64,000 nt of DNA, taken from the NCBI GenBank assembly GCA_037146775.1, contig JBAWWL010000003.1, forward strand, positions 66,334 through 130,333. The letters run 5' to 3'. Below are positions 38,007-47,347 of this stretch, piece after piece. This DNA is from Candidatus Omnitrophota bacterium. GTDB taxonomy: Bacteria; Omnitrophota; Gorgyraeia; Duberdicusellales; 4484-171. Numbering within the stretch: the stretch's first letter is position 1; every line of letters begins with the position of its first letter. A model generated the notes under the pieces. That model was not told the DNA's origin. It searched no databases and saw only the letters and a program-made list of their open reading frames with translations. The translations under genes and the position numbers were made by a program.

Positions 38007-39480
38007 CCAAGATAGGAAGGCGGTAATAATTAAAGATACAAGCAAATATTCTTTAGCGCAATATGCGGCGCAGGCAATCGGTTTTCTTACCGCATTTTTT
38101 ATGCGTAAGTTTTTGGGGCCTTATCAGATGGGTATATGGAGTTTGCTTAAAGTAGCGCAAGGATATTTAGGCTATTTGCAGCTTGGGGTTGAATCTGCCG
38201 CGGTGTATCGTATCCCGTTTTATAAAGGGAAAAGCGACGTCGCCGCTGAAACTGAAACAAAAGATACTGCTTTTAGCTTCATGTTTTTGATGTCTGTATT
38301 TTCATCAATAGCTTTGGCAATCGCCGCATTGTTGGTAAGAAAGCATTATCCATTAGAAGTTATTGTCGGCCTTTTATCTTTAGCGTTGTATGTTATCCTG
38401 CAGCGTTTATATTCTTTCTATATCATTACGCTAAGAGCTTACAGAAATTTTTCAGTGCTTACTAAGTCGTTACTTTTTGACGCTATAGTTAACCTTATAT
38501 TGGTGGTTTTATTAGTTAAGTTTTTTAAAATTTACGGGCTTTATATTACCATAAGCATACTTGCTGTCTTAAATACGTTGTTTGTAGGCCGTCTGTCCGG
38601 ATATAAATTAAATTTTAAGTTTGTATTCAAGCGGTTTAAGGAGCTGACTGTTTATGGTTTTCCGCTTTTGATTGGAGGCTTTTTGGGGGAGATATTAAGC
38701 ACCATAGACAGCATTATGATTGCAAAAATGATGGGTGTGGTTTTTGTGGGTTATTACAGCGTTGCTCTTATGACAAAAAATTGTATTTATGGTTTATCTA
38801 ACAATTTAGGGATTGTAACTATACCTCATATGCAGGAAGTGTATGGCAAAAGCGGGGATATGGAAGAAATAAAGAAATTTGTAACTCATTCTGTAAAAGT
38901 AATTTCATATCTTTTGTCGCCCATCTTAGGTATAACTTATTTTATCGCACCTTTTTTTGTAACAATTTTTCTGCCCAAATATATCCCAGGTATAGCTGCC
39001 TTGCAAATACTTCTTCTTAATACATTTTTTCTTTCTTGTTCTGCGCAATCAGGGCAATTTCTAGTTACTATCGGGAAACAGTCTCGTTTAATAATTATTA
39101 GTGTGGCCGCGATTATACTAAATATATTTTTCAACTTTTATTTTATTAAAATCGGATTAGGAATTTCAGGCGTTGCGTTGGGTACTTCGTTTTCTTCTTT
39201 TTTTGTTTTTACAGCCATGCTTATATATGCGATGAAACACTTTGCGAATTTTCGTGACATATTTAAATTCATTGTTAATATTCTGCTCGCCCCATTTTAT
39301 ATGATATCCATAATCTATTTTTGTGACTCTTTAAAAATCACAGGACTTTCCTCGATATCATTGCTTACTTTTCAATTAATTGTTATGGCTTTTGCTTCAT
39401 TGCCTTTAGTTATCTATATAAATAAAGAAACAGGAGTATTACATTTAATATTCGAAGCGATAGTAAAACGTTTTAAGTAA
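37999..39480 (+). CDS. oligosaccharide/polysaccharide flippase (Wzx-like, MOP superfamily)
   Basis: About 12-14 transmembrane segments with MATE-like flippase architecture. The ATG at 37999 gives an 8-nt overlap with the upstream stop. Confidence 0.65.
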   Translation: MNSQDRKAVIIKDTSKYSLAQYAAQAIGFLTAFFMRKFLGPYQMGIWSLLKVAQGYLGYLQLGVESAAVYRIPFYKGKSDVAAETETKDTAFSFMFLMSVFSSIALAIAALLVRKHYPLEVIVGLLSLALYVILQRLYSFYIITLRAYRNFSVLTKSLLFDAIVNLILVVLLVKFFKIYGLYITISILAVLNTLFVGRLSGYKLNFKFVFKRFKELTVYGFPLLIGGFLGEILSTIDSIMIAKMMGVVFVGYYSVALMTKNCIYGLSNNLGIVTIPHMQEVYGKSGDMEEIKKFVTHSVKVISYLLSPILGITYFIAPFFVTIFLPKYIPGIAALQILLLNTFFLSCSAQSGQFLVTIGKQSRLIIISVAAIILNIFFNFYFIKIGLGISGVALGTSFSSFFVFTAMLIYAMKHFANFRDIFKFIVNILLAPFYMISIIYFCDSLKITGLSSISLLTFQLIVMAFASLPLVIYINKETGVLHLIFEAIVKRFK

Positions 39481-39528
39481 TTATGCCGAAAATTAATATT
39501 GCAGTTTTAAATTATATTTTTACCAAAA

Positions 39529-39873
39529 AAGGATGGGGGGATAACTGGTGTAGCCATCACAACACTATTGTCTTCTTTTTTTATTTTTATTGTTACGCTA
39601 GTATGTACTACGCGCCATTTTTCTAAGCAACATGAAATTATACAGTTTATTTTAAAAATTTTGTTTCCTCTAGTCTATGTTATATGTATTGTGATGGGGG
39701 TGTACTTATTTTATAAGAATTTTAAATCCCGACATTAGATTATTTGTAAATCTCGCAGTAATGAGCGTAGCCTCGATGCCTTTATTATTTTATATTGACA
39801 AAAAAACACATGTTTTGCGGTTAATATTTAAGTATTTAAAAAATAAAATTATATTCATGAAGAGGAGGATGGT
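39529..39873 (+). pseudogene. degenerate duplicate of the 3' end of the flippase gene (two frames, internal stop)
   Basis: GITGVAITTLLSSFFIFIVTLVCTTRHFSKQHEIIQFILKILFPLVYVICIVMGVYLF parallels flippase residues GISGVALGTSFSSFFVFTAMLIYAMKHFANFRDIFKFIVNILLAPFYMISIIYF. LFVNLAVMSVASMPLLFYIDKKTHVLRLIF parallels LIVMAFASLPLVIYINKETGVLHLIF. Confidence 0.5.
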
Positions 39874-39878
39874 GAACA

Positions 39879-40580
39879 ATGGAAAGCGATCATCGTTATA
39901 GTAGAGTAGCTAAATATGATGAATATTCTATGGATCTTTCTAAAGTATACTATCGAAAGATAATAAGGGAAGTAACTCAATTCTTAAAGAAAGGAACTAT
40001 TTTAGATGTTGGATGCTATGATGGTAGTCTTGGGGAAATTTTTTTGAATAAAGGTTACGAGGTTTATGGTATAGAAGCGCATGATGGGGCTTGTACTAAG
40101 GCTTGTCAAAAAGGTATAAGGGTGATCAAGAAAAATATTGAAGAAGGAATGCCATGGGAACAAGATTCCTTTGATTGTGTTATAGCCGCAGAAATAATAG
40201 AGCATCTATATGATACCGATCGATTCCTCAATGATATAAAAAGAGTGCTTAAGAAAGACGGTATTCTTGTGATGTCAATTCCAAATGTAGCATGTTTTAC
40301 AAATCGTTTAAAATTATTATTGGGTAGTTACCCAAGATATTGTGAGTATCAGGCTGGTGAGGGTGGAGGGCACATAAGAGTATATACGCTTAAAGCGATA
40401 AAAGATCAGCTTGTACAACGCGGGTTTGAGGTGTTGGCGGCGAGCGGAGCTAATTTTCCTCTTCCTATGCATGTAAAAGCTATACCACTTTTTATAAAAA
40501 AAATTGCTATTGGTTTAGGAGACTATACTCCGGGGCTCGCTGGGCAGATTATAATAACTGCACGTAACCGTAAGGTATGA
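39879..40580 (+). CDS. class I SAM-dependent methyltransferase
   Basis: Motif I LDVGCYDGSLG. It is a paralogue of the 10634 and 25079 genes, and has a strong RBS GAGGAGG. Confidence 0.7.
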   Translation: MESDHRYSRVAKYDEYSMDLSKVYYRKIIREVTQFLKKGTILDVGCYDGSLGEIFLNKGYEVYGIEAHDGACTKACQKGIRVIKKNIEEGMPWEQDSFDCVIAAEIIEHLYDTDRFLNDIKRVLKKDGILVMSIPNVACFTNRLKLLLGSYPRYCEYQAGEGGGHIRVYTLKAIKDQLVQRGFEVLAASGANFPLPMHVKAIPLFIKKIAIGLGDYTPGLAGQIIITARNRKV

Positions 40581-40622
40581 GATAGGTTCTTTTTGTAGAT
40601 AGAAAAACTCATAATAGGTGAT

Positions 40623-41555
40623 ATGAAAGTTAATATCGCGATACTTAATTATAACGGTATAAACCTTTTAAAAGAATGTTTGCCGAGCATTATTGCTGCA
40701 CGCCGGGTGAGTAAACAGGAATGTGCAGTGACAGTTTTAGATAATCAAAGTACTGACGCAAGCGTAAATTTCTTAAAAGACAATTTTTCAGAAATTGGTA
40801 TATATATTGCCAAAGAGAACAAAGTACTTTGCTCGTTTAATGAATTTGCCAGTAAATCCGATGCAGACATACTAATTTTATTGAATAATGATATTAAAGT
40901 TGATGAACATTTTGTTGATCCTCTCGCAGATATTTTTCAAAAACATAGCGATGCGTTCTTAGTGGGGCCAAAATGTTTAATGTTCGATAATAAAACTTAC
41001 GATGGTTCTAGGTCTTTATGGTGGATAGATAAAGGTATATTTAAAGCAAGTTCGCGTTATAAGGGTTTCGAAAAAGATATAGATATTGAAGGGTACACAA
41101 TGCAATCAGGTTTTGGCGCTTTTGACAGGAAGAAATTTCTGGAGTTAGGCGGATATGACGATCTTTATCTGCCTGGAATTATGGAAGACGCAGATTTGTG
41201 TTATAGGGCATGGAAAGCAGGACACAAGAGTTATTATCAGCCGAAAAGCTTGGTTTTTCATATGGGGCAAGCAAGTTTTAAAAAGGAATTTGGTTCGCGA
41301 AAAATTATGGAATTAGCCCACAGAAACACATTTTTGTTTATGTGGAAAAATATAAGAGATGTACGTGTTTGGGCGTCGCATTTTTTTTGGCTACCACTGA
41401 GGATTTTTTATTCGGTACTTACCAACAAAAGAGAATTTGTGACGGGTTTTATGAAAGCTTTACCTAAGTTTAAGCAAGCTTTTCAAAAAGGCAATATTTC
41501 CACAAAGTACCTATTGAATGACCAGGAATTATTTAAAATTTCAAAAAATATATAA
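40623..41555 (+). CDS. GT2-family glycosyltransferase
   Basis: IAILNYNG N-terminus and a DxD-like NNDIKVD motif, with GT-A fold length. Confidence 0.65.
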   Translation: MKVNIAILNYNGINLLKECLPSIIAARRVSKQECAVTVLDNQSTDASVNFLKDNFSEIGIYIAKENKVLCSFNEFASKSDADILILLNNDIKVDEHFVDPLADIFQKHSDAFLVGPKCLMFDNKTYDGSRSLWWIDKGIFKASSRYKGFEKDIDIEGYTMQSGFGAFDRKKFLELGGYDDLYLPGIMEDADLCYRAWKAGHKSYYQPKSLVFHMGQASFKKEFGSRKIMELAHRNTFLFMWKNIRDVRVWASHFFWLPLRIFYSVLTNKREFVTGFMKALPKFKQAFQKGNISTKYLLNDQELFKISKNI

Positions 41556-42868
41556 TGGCAAAGATATCTACAATAACACTAACATATAATGAAGAAGCTG
41601 ACATAGAAAGATGTTTACGGTCATTACAGTGGGTTGACGAAACAATTGTGATTGATTGTTTTAGTTCAGACAAAACAGTAATAAAAGCAAAGCCGTTATG
41701 TACGCGGATTATCCAGCAAAATATGACAGATTTTTCTGCCTTAAGGAATTTTGGAATTCAAGAAGCCAAAAATACATGGGTTTTGATGGTAGACGCAGAC
41801 GAGATCGTCCCTCCGGAATTAGCAAAAGAAATTAGAGAAGCCATTAATATCGACGCATTTAATGGTTATTATTTGCGTAGAATCAATTATATGTATGGAA
41901 AAGAGTTGTGCTATGATCAGCCTGATTATCATCTACGGCTTTTTAGAAAGGAGGAGGCAAGTTACTTATATAAAGTACACGAAGTAGCCGTAGTTACAGG
42001 TAAAGTGTGTCGACTAAAAAATAATTTTTTGCATTATTCTATGAAAAACATAAACGAACATGTGCAGAAAATGAATACTTATACTACTTTAGCCGCCGCA
42101 CAAAGGCACGGTGCAAACATTAGTTTATTTATAAAACCTTTTTATAGATTCGCTCAGCATTTTTTTTTAAAAAGAGCCTGCCGAGATGGCATGTTAGGGC
42201 TCATCTTAAGTTTAAAAGCGTTTTTTTATGAATTTTTAGTTTTATTCAAAATATGGGAAAGAAAAGTTTTATCAAGAACCTGGCCTGAGTTCTATGAAAA
42301 TGTAAATATTGAACAGGAAATAATCCAACAAGCGAATGTTCATAAAGAATTTATCAAGACTCTTCTCTCTGACAGGCCAAGAAAATTTTTAGAAGTAGGT
42401 AGTGGTGCCGCGTCCATTTCGTTTTCTATCTTAAAACAAAATCGCATAAATCTCATAACAGTAGATAACCGATTGGAAATACTGAAAAGTATTGTTAATA
42501 ATGCCCAGAAATTAGGCCTACATATTGCAGTGGTGTGTGCAGATGCATTCAGGTTGCCTTTTAAGAAAGATAGCGTTAACGTTACTTTTTCTCAAGGATT
42601 ACTCGAGCATTTTGATGATTCCGATATCTGCAAAATACTAGATGAACAATTAAGAATTAGTGATTCTAGTGTTGTGTTTAGTGTTCCTAATAACCATTAT
42701 CGGAGAAAAGATTTTGGTAATGAACGACTTTTGTCAAAAATACAATGGGAGTTCCTGCTTAAGAACTACAAGTTATTAGAAAGTAGAAATTATTATTATC
42801 TTTCCACGAAAAGAAATTTTTTATTTAAGCTTCCTTTGATGTATATGTGCAAACTAAAAAAAAGATGA
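41555..42868 (+). CDS. bifunctional GT2 glycosyltransferase (KdtX/WaaE-like N-terminal half) fused to a class I SAM methyltransferase (C-terminal half)
   Basis: The N-terminal half is paralogous to the 51512 and 54614 GT2s (ITLTYNEEADIERCL, WVLMVDADE). The C-terminal half has MTase motif I LEVGSGAASIS and the post-I acidic motif VVCADAFRLPF. Confidence 0.6.
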   Translation: MAKISTITLTYNEEADIERCLRSLQWVDETIVIDCFSSDKTVIKAKPLCTRIIQQNMTDFSALRNFGIQEAKNTWVLMVDADEIVPPELAKEIREAINIDAFNGYYLRRINYMYGKELCYDQPDYHLRLFRKEEASYLYKVHEVAVVTGKVCRLKNNFLHYSMKNINEHVQKMNTYTTLAAAQRHGANISLFIKPFYRFAQHFFLKRACRDGMLGLILSLKAFFYEFLVLFKIWERKVLSRTWPEFYENVNIEQEIIQQANVHKEFIKTLLSDRPRKFLEVGSGAASISFSILKQNRINLITVDNRLEILKSIVNNAQKLGLHIAVVCADAFRLPFKKDSVNVTFSQGLLEHFDDSDICKILDEQLRISDSSVVFSVPNNHYRRKDFGNERLLSKIQWEFLLKNYKLLESRNYYYLSTKRNFLFKLPLMYMCKLKKR

Positions 42869-43950
42869 TAAAAGTTGGTATCGACATACAATCAACCTTA
42901 GGCAAAAAAACGGGAATCGGCTATTATACAAAAAATTTGGTGGAACACATAAAAGATTATAAAGACCTTGAACTCTATTTTTATCAAGACCCCGTGAAGC
43001 ATGATTATAATACATTGCAGAGAATGCTGTGGGAAAATATCCGTGTTTCTAGGTATGCAAGGAATAGCAAAATCGACTTGCTGCACGTTCCTGGGTTTGC
43101 TGGGCCATTAGCGAAAGGAAAATATCAAAAAATTACTACCGTTCATGATCTAATCGGAATGATTTACCCTGATAATCTTGGTTACGCCAGCCGTTTTTAT
43201 TGGCAAAAGTGGCTCCCGTGTTGCATTAAAAATTCGGATTGTATTATCGCTGATTCACAGAATACCAAGGCGGATATTATAAAATTTTTGGATATTGTAC
43301 CCGATAAAATAAGAGTAATTCCGCTTGCTGTAGATTCTTACTTTAAGTCAATAGAGAAGTCCGATAATTATCGAACATTACTAAAAAAATATGGCATAAC
43401 CGGAAAATATATTTTGAATGTCGGTACCATCGAGCCACGTAAAAATATACCTATGCTTATAGAGTCTTTTTCTGACTGTCTGAAAGAAACGAACTTGGAT
43501 GGCATTGTTCTTGTTATTGTCGGCAAGAAAGGGTGGGATTATAAGCGATGCTACCAGAAAGTATTAGATTTAAATCTTAAGGATAGAATTGTGTTTTGTG
43601 ATTATATTTCCGAAGAACACCTTTCCATATTATATAACTTTGCCGAAGCATTTGTTTACCCATCTTTATATGAAGGGTTTGGTTTACCTGTGTTAGAGGC
43701 CATGAGTTGTGCTGTGCCCGTAATATGCTCTGAAACTTCTTCGTTGCCGGAGATAACCGGTAAATCCGCGATACTTATCGACCCGAATAATCGAGATATG
43801 CTTAAAAATGCGCTATTGAAACTGTTGACTGATGAAAAACTAAAGAATGAAATGTCATGTAAAGCGCTTGAGGAATCAAAAAAATTTTCTTGGAAGAAAA
43901 CAGCACTAGAAACCATTAAAATATACCGAGAGGTATATAATGAAGCTTAG
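42865..43950 (+). CDS. GT4-family glycosyltransferase (GT-B, glycosyl transferases group 1)
   Basis: EGFGLPVLEAMSCAVPVICSETSSLPEI is the canonical GT4 EX7E region. The ATG at 42865 gives an ATGA overlap with the upstream stop. Confidence 0.8.
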   Translation: MIKVGIDIQSTLGKKTGIGYYTKNLVEHIKDYKDLELYFYQDPVKHDYNTLQRMLWENIRVSRYARNSKIDLLHVPGFAGPLAKGKYQKITTVHDLIGMIYPDNLGYASRFYWQKWLPCCIKNSDCIIADSQNTKADIIKFLDIVPDKIRVIPLAVDSYFKSIEKSDNYRTLLKKYGITGKYILNVGTIEPRKNIPMLIESFSDCLKETNLDGIVLVIVGKKGWDYKRCYQKVLDLNLKDRIVFCDYISEEHLSILYNFAEAFVYPSLYEGFGLPVLEAMSCAVPVICSETSSLPEITGKSAILIDPNNRDMLKNALLKLLTDEKLKNEMSCKALEESKKFSWKKTALETIKIYREVYNEA

Positions 43951-44626
43951 CATTTTAATACCGGTATATAATGAACGCGAAACTATCCTTCCCATATTAA
44001 AGATTATTAAAGATGTTTGTGTGGACAAGGAAATAATTATCGTTGATGATTGTTCTAGCGACGGAACGAGGGAGTTACTTTTAAAAAACTTTGGAAATGG
44101 TCGAGAAAATTTAAAAATAATATATCAAGACGTAAATCAAGGCAAAGGATCAGCGATTAAGGCGGCGCTTGCTCAAGCGAAAGGAGAATACGCTATTATT
44201 CAAGACGCCGACATGGAATACGATCCTAACGACTATATACTTCTTATGGAGGCAATTACAAAAAATAATACCGACGTTGTTTACGGCTCAAGATTTAAAA
44301 AAACATGGAAGAATACTTCTTGGTGGCATTTTCTAGGCAATATTTTTTTAACAGCTGTTACAAATATATTGTATGGTTCCAGGCTTACAGACATGGAAAC
44401 TTGCTATAAGTTGATACGTGCAGATATTTTTAGAGATCTTAACATACAGTCAAAACGCTTTGAAATTGAGCCGGAAATTACCGCAAAATTAATTAAAAAA
44501 GGTTATAAAATTATTGAGGTTCCGATTTCATATAGGGGTAGAGGATATCATGAAGGGAAAAAGATTGGCTGGAAAGATGGTTTTGCTACTATAGCCACTC
44601 TTTTTAAGTACAAATTCAAGCAATGA
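43940..44626 (+). CDS. GT2 polyprenyl-phosphate sugar synthase (DPM1-like)
   Basis: LSILIPVYNERE, VDDCSSDGT, and QDADMEYDP motifs. Confidence 0.8.
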   Translation: MKLSILIPVYNERETILPILKIIKDVCVDKEIIIVDDCSSDGTRELLLKNFGNGRENLKIIYQDVNQGKGSAIKAALAQAKGEYAIIQDADMEYDPNDYILLMEAITKNNTDVVYGSRFKKTWKNTSWWHFLGNIFLTAVTNILYGSRLTDMETCYKLIRADIFRDLNIQSKRFEIEPEITAKLIKKGYKIIEVPISYRGRGYHEGKKIGWKDGFATIATLFKYKFKQ

Positions 44627-44627
44627 G

Positions 44628-45752
44628 ATGAGGTATGTTTTTAAAAAAGTTAGATATAAATTTCTTGTATTTATAATAGATTCTTTAGGCTACGTCATTT
44701 TTTTCTTCCCTCGTTTCTTCAAAAAAAATACCCCATTATCACCCAAGAAAATACTTGTGGTACGCGTGGATCACATAGGTGATTTTGTGTGCACACTACC
44801 TGTTTTTGAGAATCTAAAATTAAACTTTCCTCAGAGCAAAATCAGTGTTTTAATCAACTCTTCCTCAGTATCCTTAGCAAAACTTAGTCCGCATATTGAC
44901 GAAATAATTTCGGTTAACCCATTTTGGATGCAAAGGGGTAACAAACGCCTTTCTTTTAGGGAGATATTTAAAGTAATACGTGAACTGCGTGAACAAAATT
45001 TTGATTTAGGTTTTGATATGCGCGGAGATTTTTTCTCAATTGCGCTTATGTTTTTAGGCAGAGTAAGGTATAGGGTGGGGTATGCGGTTACTGGGGGAGG
45101 GTTCTTATTAGGTAAGAATGTTTTATATACTAAGAATATAAATACGGTCGAGCGTAATTTTAATCTATTAAGAAATATCGGCGTTCCGATAAAAAAATCG
45201 AGCATCGAACTTAAATTTAGCGATGAAGATAAAAATATAGTTATGTGTATGTTGCAAGACCTATCACTTAAAGAGCAAAAATCCGTTATTTTACATCCTT
45301 TTGCCGGTACTAAAGCAAAACAATGGAGTGTAAGTAAATTTCAAGAGTTAATTGATCAGCTGCGAAAAGCAAATTTTAATATTTTTGTTATTGGTACCAA
45401 AACCGATACAGAACATTATGATGGAGTATGTGATGTGCGAGGTAGATTTGCCTTATCGCAACTAGCATTTTTTATAAAACATGTAGGGTTTTTTATCGGG
45501 CTTGATTCCGGCCCAGCAAATATCGCTGCCGTACTTGATGTACCGACAATAGTAATTTGTTCCGGCACGAATATCCCAGAGCGCTGGATATTTATCGGCA
45601 AAAATGTTAAGCTGGTTTATCGTGATACCGATTGTAAGCCTTGTGAGCTTAAGATTTGCCCTAAAAACAAGCATTATTGTATGGAGGATATTGGGGTGGG
45701 GGAGGTCATGGGTGAGGTGGATAGGTTGATAGGTGGGTATGTTGATAAGTGA
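44628..45752 (+). CDS. GT9-family glycosyltransferase (ADP-heptose:LPS heptosyltransferase-like)
   Basis: KILVVRVDHIGDFVCTLPVF N-terminal GT9 signature and the C-terminal GLDSGPANIAA region. Confidence 0.7.
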   Translation: MRYVFKKVRYKFLVFIIDSLGYVIFFFPRFFKKNTPLSPKKILVVRVDHIGDFVCTLPVFENLKLNFPQSKISVLINSSSVSLAKLSPHIDEIISVNPFWMQRGNKRLSFREIFKVIRELREQNFDLGFDMRGDFFSIALMFLGRVRYRVGYAVTGGGFLLGKNVLYTKNINTVERNFNLLRNIGVPIKKSSIELKFSDEDKNIVMCMLQDLSLKEQKSVILHPFAGTKAKQWSVSKFQELIDQLRKANFNIFVIGTKTDTEHYDGVCDVRGRFALSQLAFFIKHVGFFIGLDSGPANIAAVLDVPTIVICSGTNIPERWIFIGKNVKLVYRDTDCKPCELKICPKNKHYCMEDIGVGEVMGEVDRLIGGYVDK

Positions 45753-45786
45753 TTAAGTTAGTAGGTGGGTGAATAAGGAGAGTGTC

Positions 45787-46143
45787 ATGGGCGGGAGTTG
45801 GAAAGATTTGGATGTTTGGCGGGAGAGTCATTCTTTAGTTTTACAATTGTACAAATTGGTGAGTACTTTTCCGGCCACAGAAAGATATGCCTTGGTCGAT
45901 CAAATAAAACGGGCGGCATATTCTATACCAGCAAATATTGTTGAAGGCCACTCAAGAAACAGTAAGAAGGAATTTCAACGTTATCTTTATATCTCTAGAG
46001 GTTCCCTAGAGGAGTTAAGGTATTTCTTGTTGTTGGCGAAAGACTTGCATTATATCGATGATGTAATCCATAAAGAATATGAAGATAAATTATCGCGGGT
46101 AAGTAAAATGTTGAATGGTTTGATAAGGTCTTTAACATACTAA
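45787..46143 (+). CDS. four-helix-bundle protein (family formerly called 23S rRNA intervening-sequence protein, TIGR02436)
   Basis: WRESHSLVLQLYKLVSTFPATERYALVDQIKRAAYSIPANIVEGHSR...ISRGSLEELRYFLLLAKDL is the hallmark sequence of this family. An RBS AAGGAGAG precedes the ATG. Confidence 0.8.
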   Translation: MGGSWKDLDVWRESHSLVLQLYKLVSTFPATERYALVDQIKRAAYSIPANIVEGHSRNSKKEFQRYLYISRGSLEELRYFLLLAKDLHYIDDVIHKEYEDKLSRVSKMLNGLIRSLTY

Positions 46144-46175
46144 CATAATAACCTATTAACATAACAACTAAGCCA

Positions 46176-47249
46176 ATGAAAATATTCTTTGATGCTAGAA
46201 TGATTGCGCATGCCGGAATCGGTAGGTATATTCGGGGAATATTGCCGGAGATTGCCAAAGATAAGTCTATTGAATTGTGCTTATTAGGTAACCGAATCCT
46301 TATTGAAAAATTCTTTGATGCACAAAATAGAGTTATTGATTTTAATTATCCTATCTATTCTATCCAAGAACAAATAGGTTTCAAAAAGCTAAAAAGTACC
46401 ATTGGCGACAATCTTCTTCATGTCCCTCACTACAACATTCCGGTTTTTGCACCGTACAATTTGGTTGTAACCATCCATGATCTAATCCATATTCTCTATC
46501 CACAAGGAGCAAGCAGCTATTTTGCGCGTTTCTATATGAATTTTATGATTAGAAAGGTTTTGAGTATGGCAAAAAAAGTGATATGTGTTTCTGGTCACAC
46601 TAAAGAAGCTATTTGTCATAATTATCATGTAGCCGGCACAAATTTGGAGGTAGTTGGGGAAGGCGTTGATGGTAGTTTTTCAAAGATAACAGACGAGGGC
46701 TTTCTGGACGCCATTAAACAGAAATATCACTTACCGGGTAAATTTATTCTGTATGTCGGCAGCATCCGTAAGCACAAGAATATTACAATGCTTTTAGAAG
46801 TATTTTCAAAAATCAGAAAAGAAATGCCCGAGGTATCTTTAGTTCTTGTTGGTAAACTTTCTCAATCCTTTGATTTGAAGCTCGATGGCGTGCATTATCT
46901 GGGCGAGGTCCCTGACGACAAGGAATTAGCAGCAATATATAATCTTTCTTCTGTATTTTGTAATCTCTCGCTTTTTGAGGGTTTTGGCTTAACTATTCTG
47001 GAAGCACAGGCTTGTGGCGTGCCAATAGTTTGTAGCGATATAGCGGTACATCGGGAGACTGGAGGAAACGGTATTCTGGCGGTTCCTCCAAGTAATGTTG
47101 ACCAGATAGCACAAGCTCTATATAATGTTTTAACTAAACAAACCTTTCAAGACATTCTTATCAAGAATGGGCTTGAGAATGTGCAGCGATTCAGCTGGCA
47201 GAAAGCATCCGAAAGGGTGGTAGAGTTATATAGGTTGGTAGGTGGATAG
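46176..47249 (+). CDS. GT4-family glycosyltransferase
   Basis: EGFGLTILEAQACGVPIVCSDIAVHRETGG. Confidence 0.8.
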   Translation: MKIFFDARMIAHAGIGRYIRGILPEIAKDKSIELCLLGNRILIEKFFDAQNRVIDFNYPIYSIQEQIGFKKLKSTIGDNLLHVPHYNIPVFAPYNLVVTIHDLIHILYPQGASSYFARFYMNFMIRKVLSMAKKVICVSGHTKEAICHNYHVAGTNLEVVGEGVDGSFSKITDEGFLDAIKQKYHLPGKFILYVGSIRKHKNITMLLEVFSKIRKEMPEVSLVLVGKLSQSFDLKLDGVHYLGEVPDDKELAAIYNLSSVFCNLSLFEGFGLTILEAQACGVPIVCSDIAVHRETGGNGILAVPPSNVDQIAQALYNVLTKQTFQDILIKNGLENVQRFSWQKASERVVELYRLVGG

Positions 47250-47347
47250 GTTGGCATGTTAGTAGGTTATGGCATTACCAACGTTAAATTTTTACGTATC
47301 AACATAACAACTTAACAACATATTAATCTAACAATATAACAACCAAA

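Noticed and set aside
45787-46143. The '23S rRNA intervening sequence protein' call as implying an rRNA operon here
   Set aside because: No rRNA or tRNA sequence is present in the window. The family name is historical, and the gene is a stand-alone four-helix-bundle protein.
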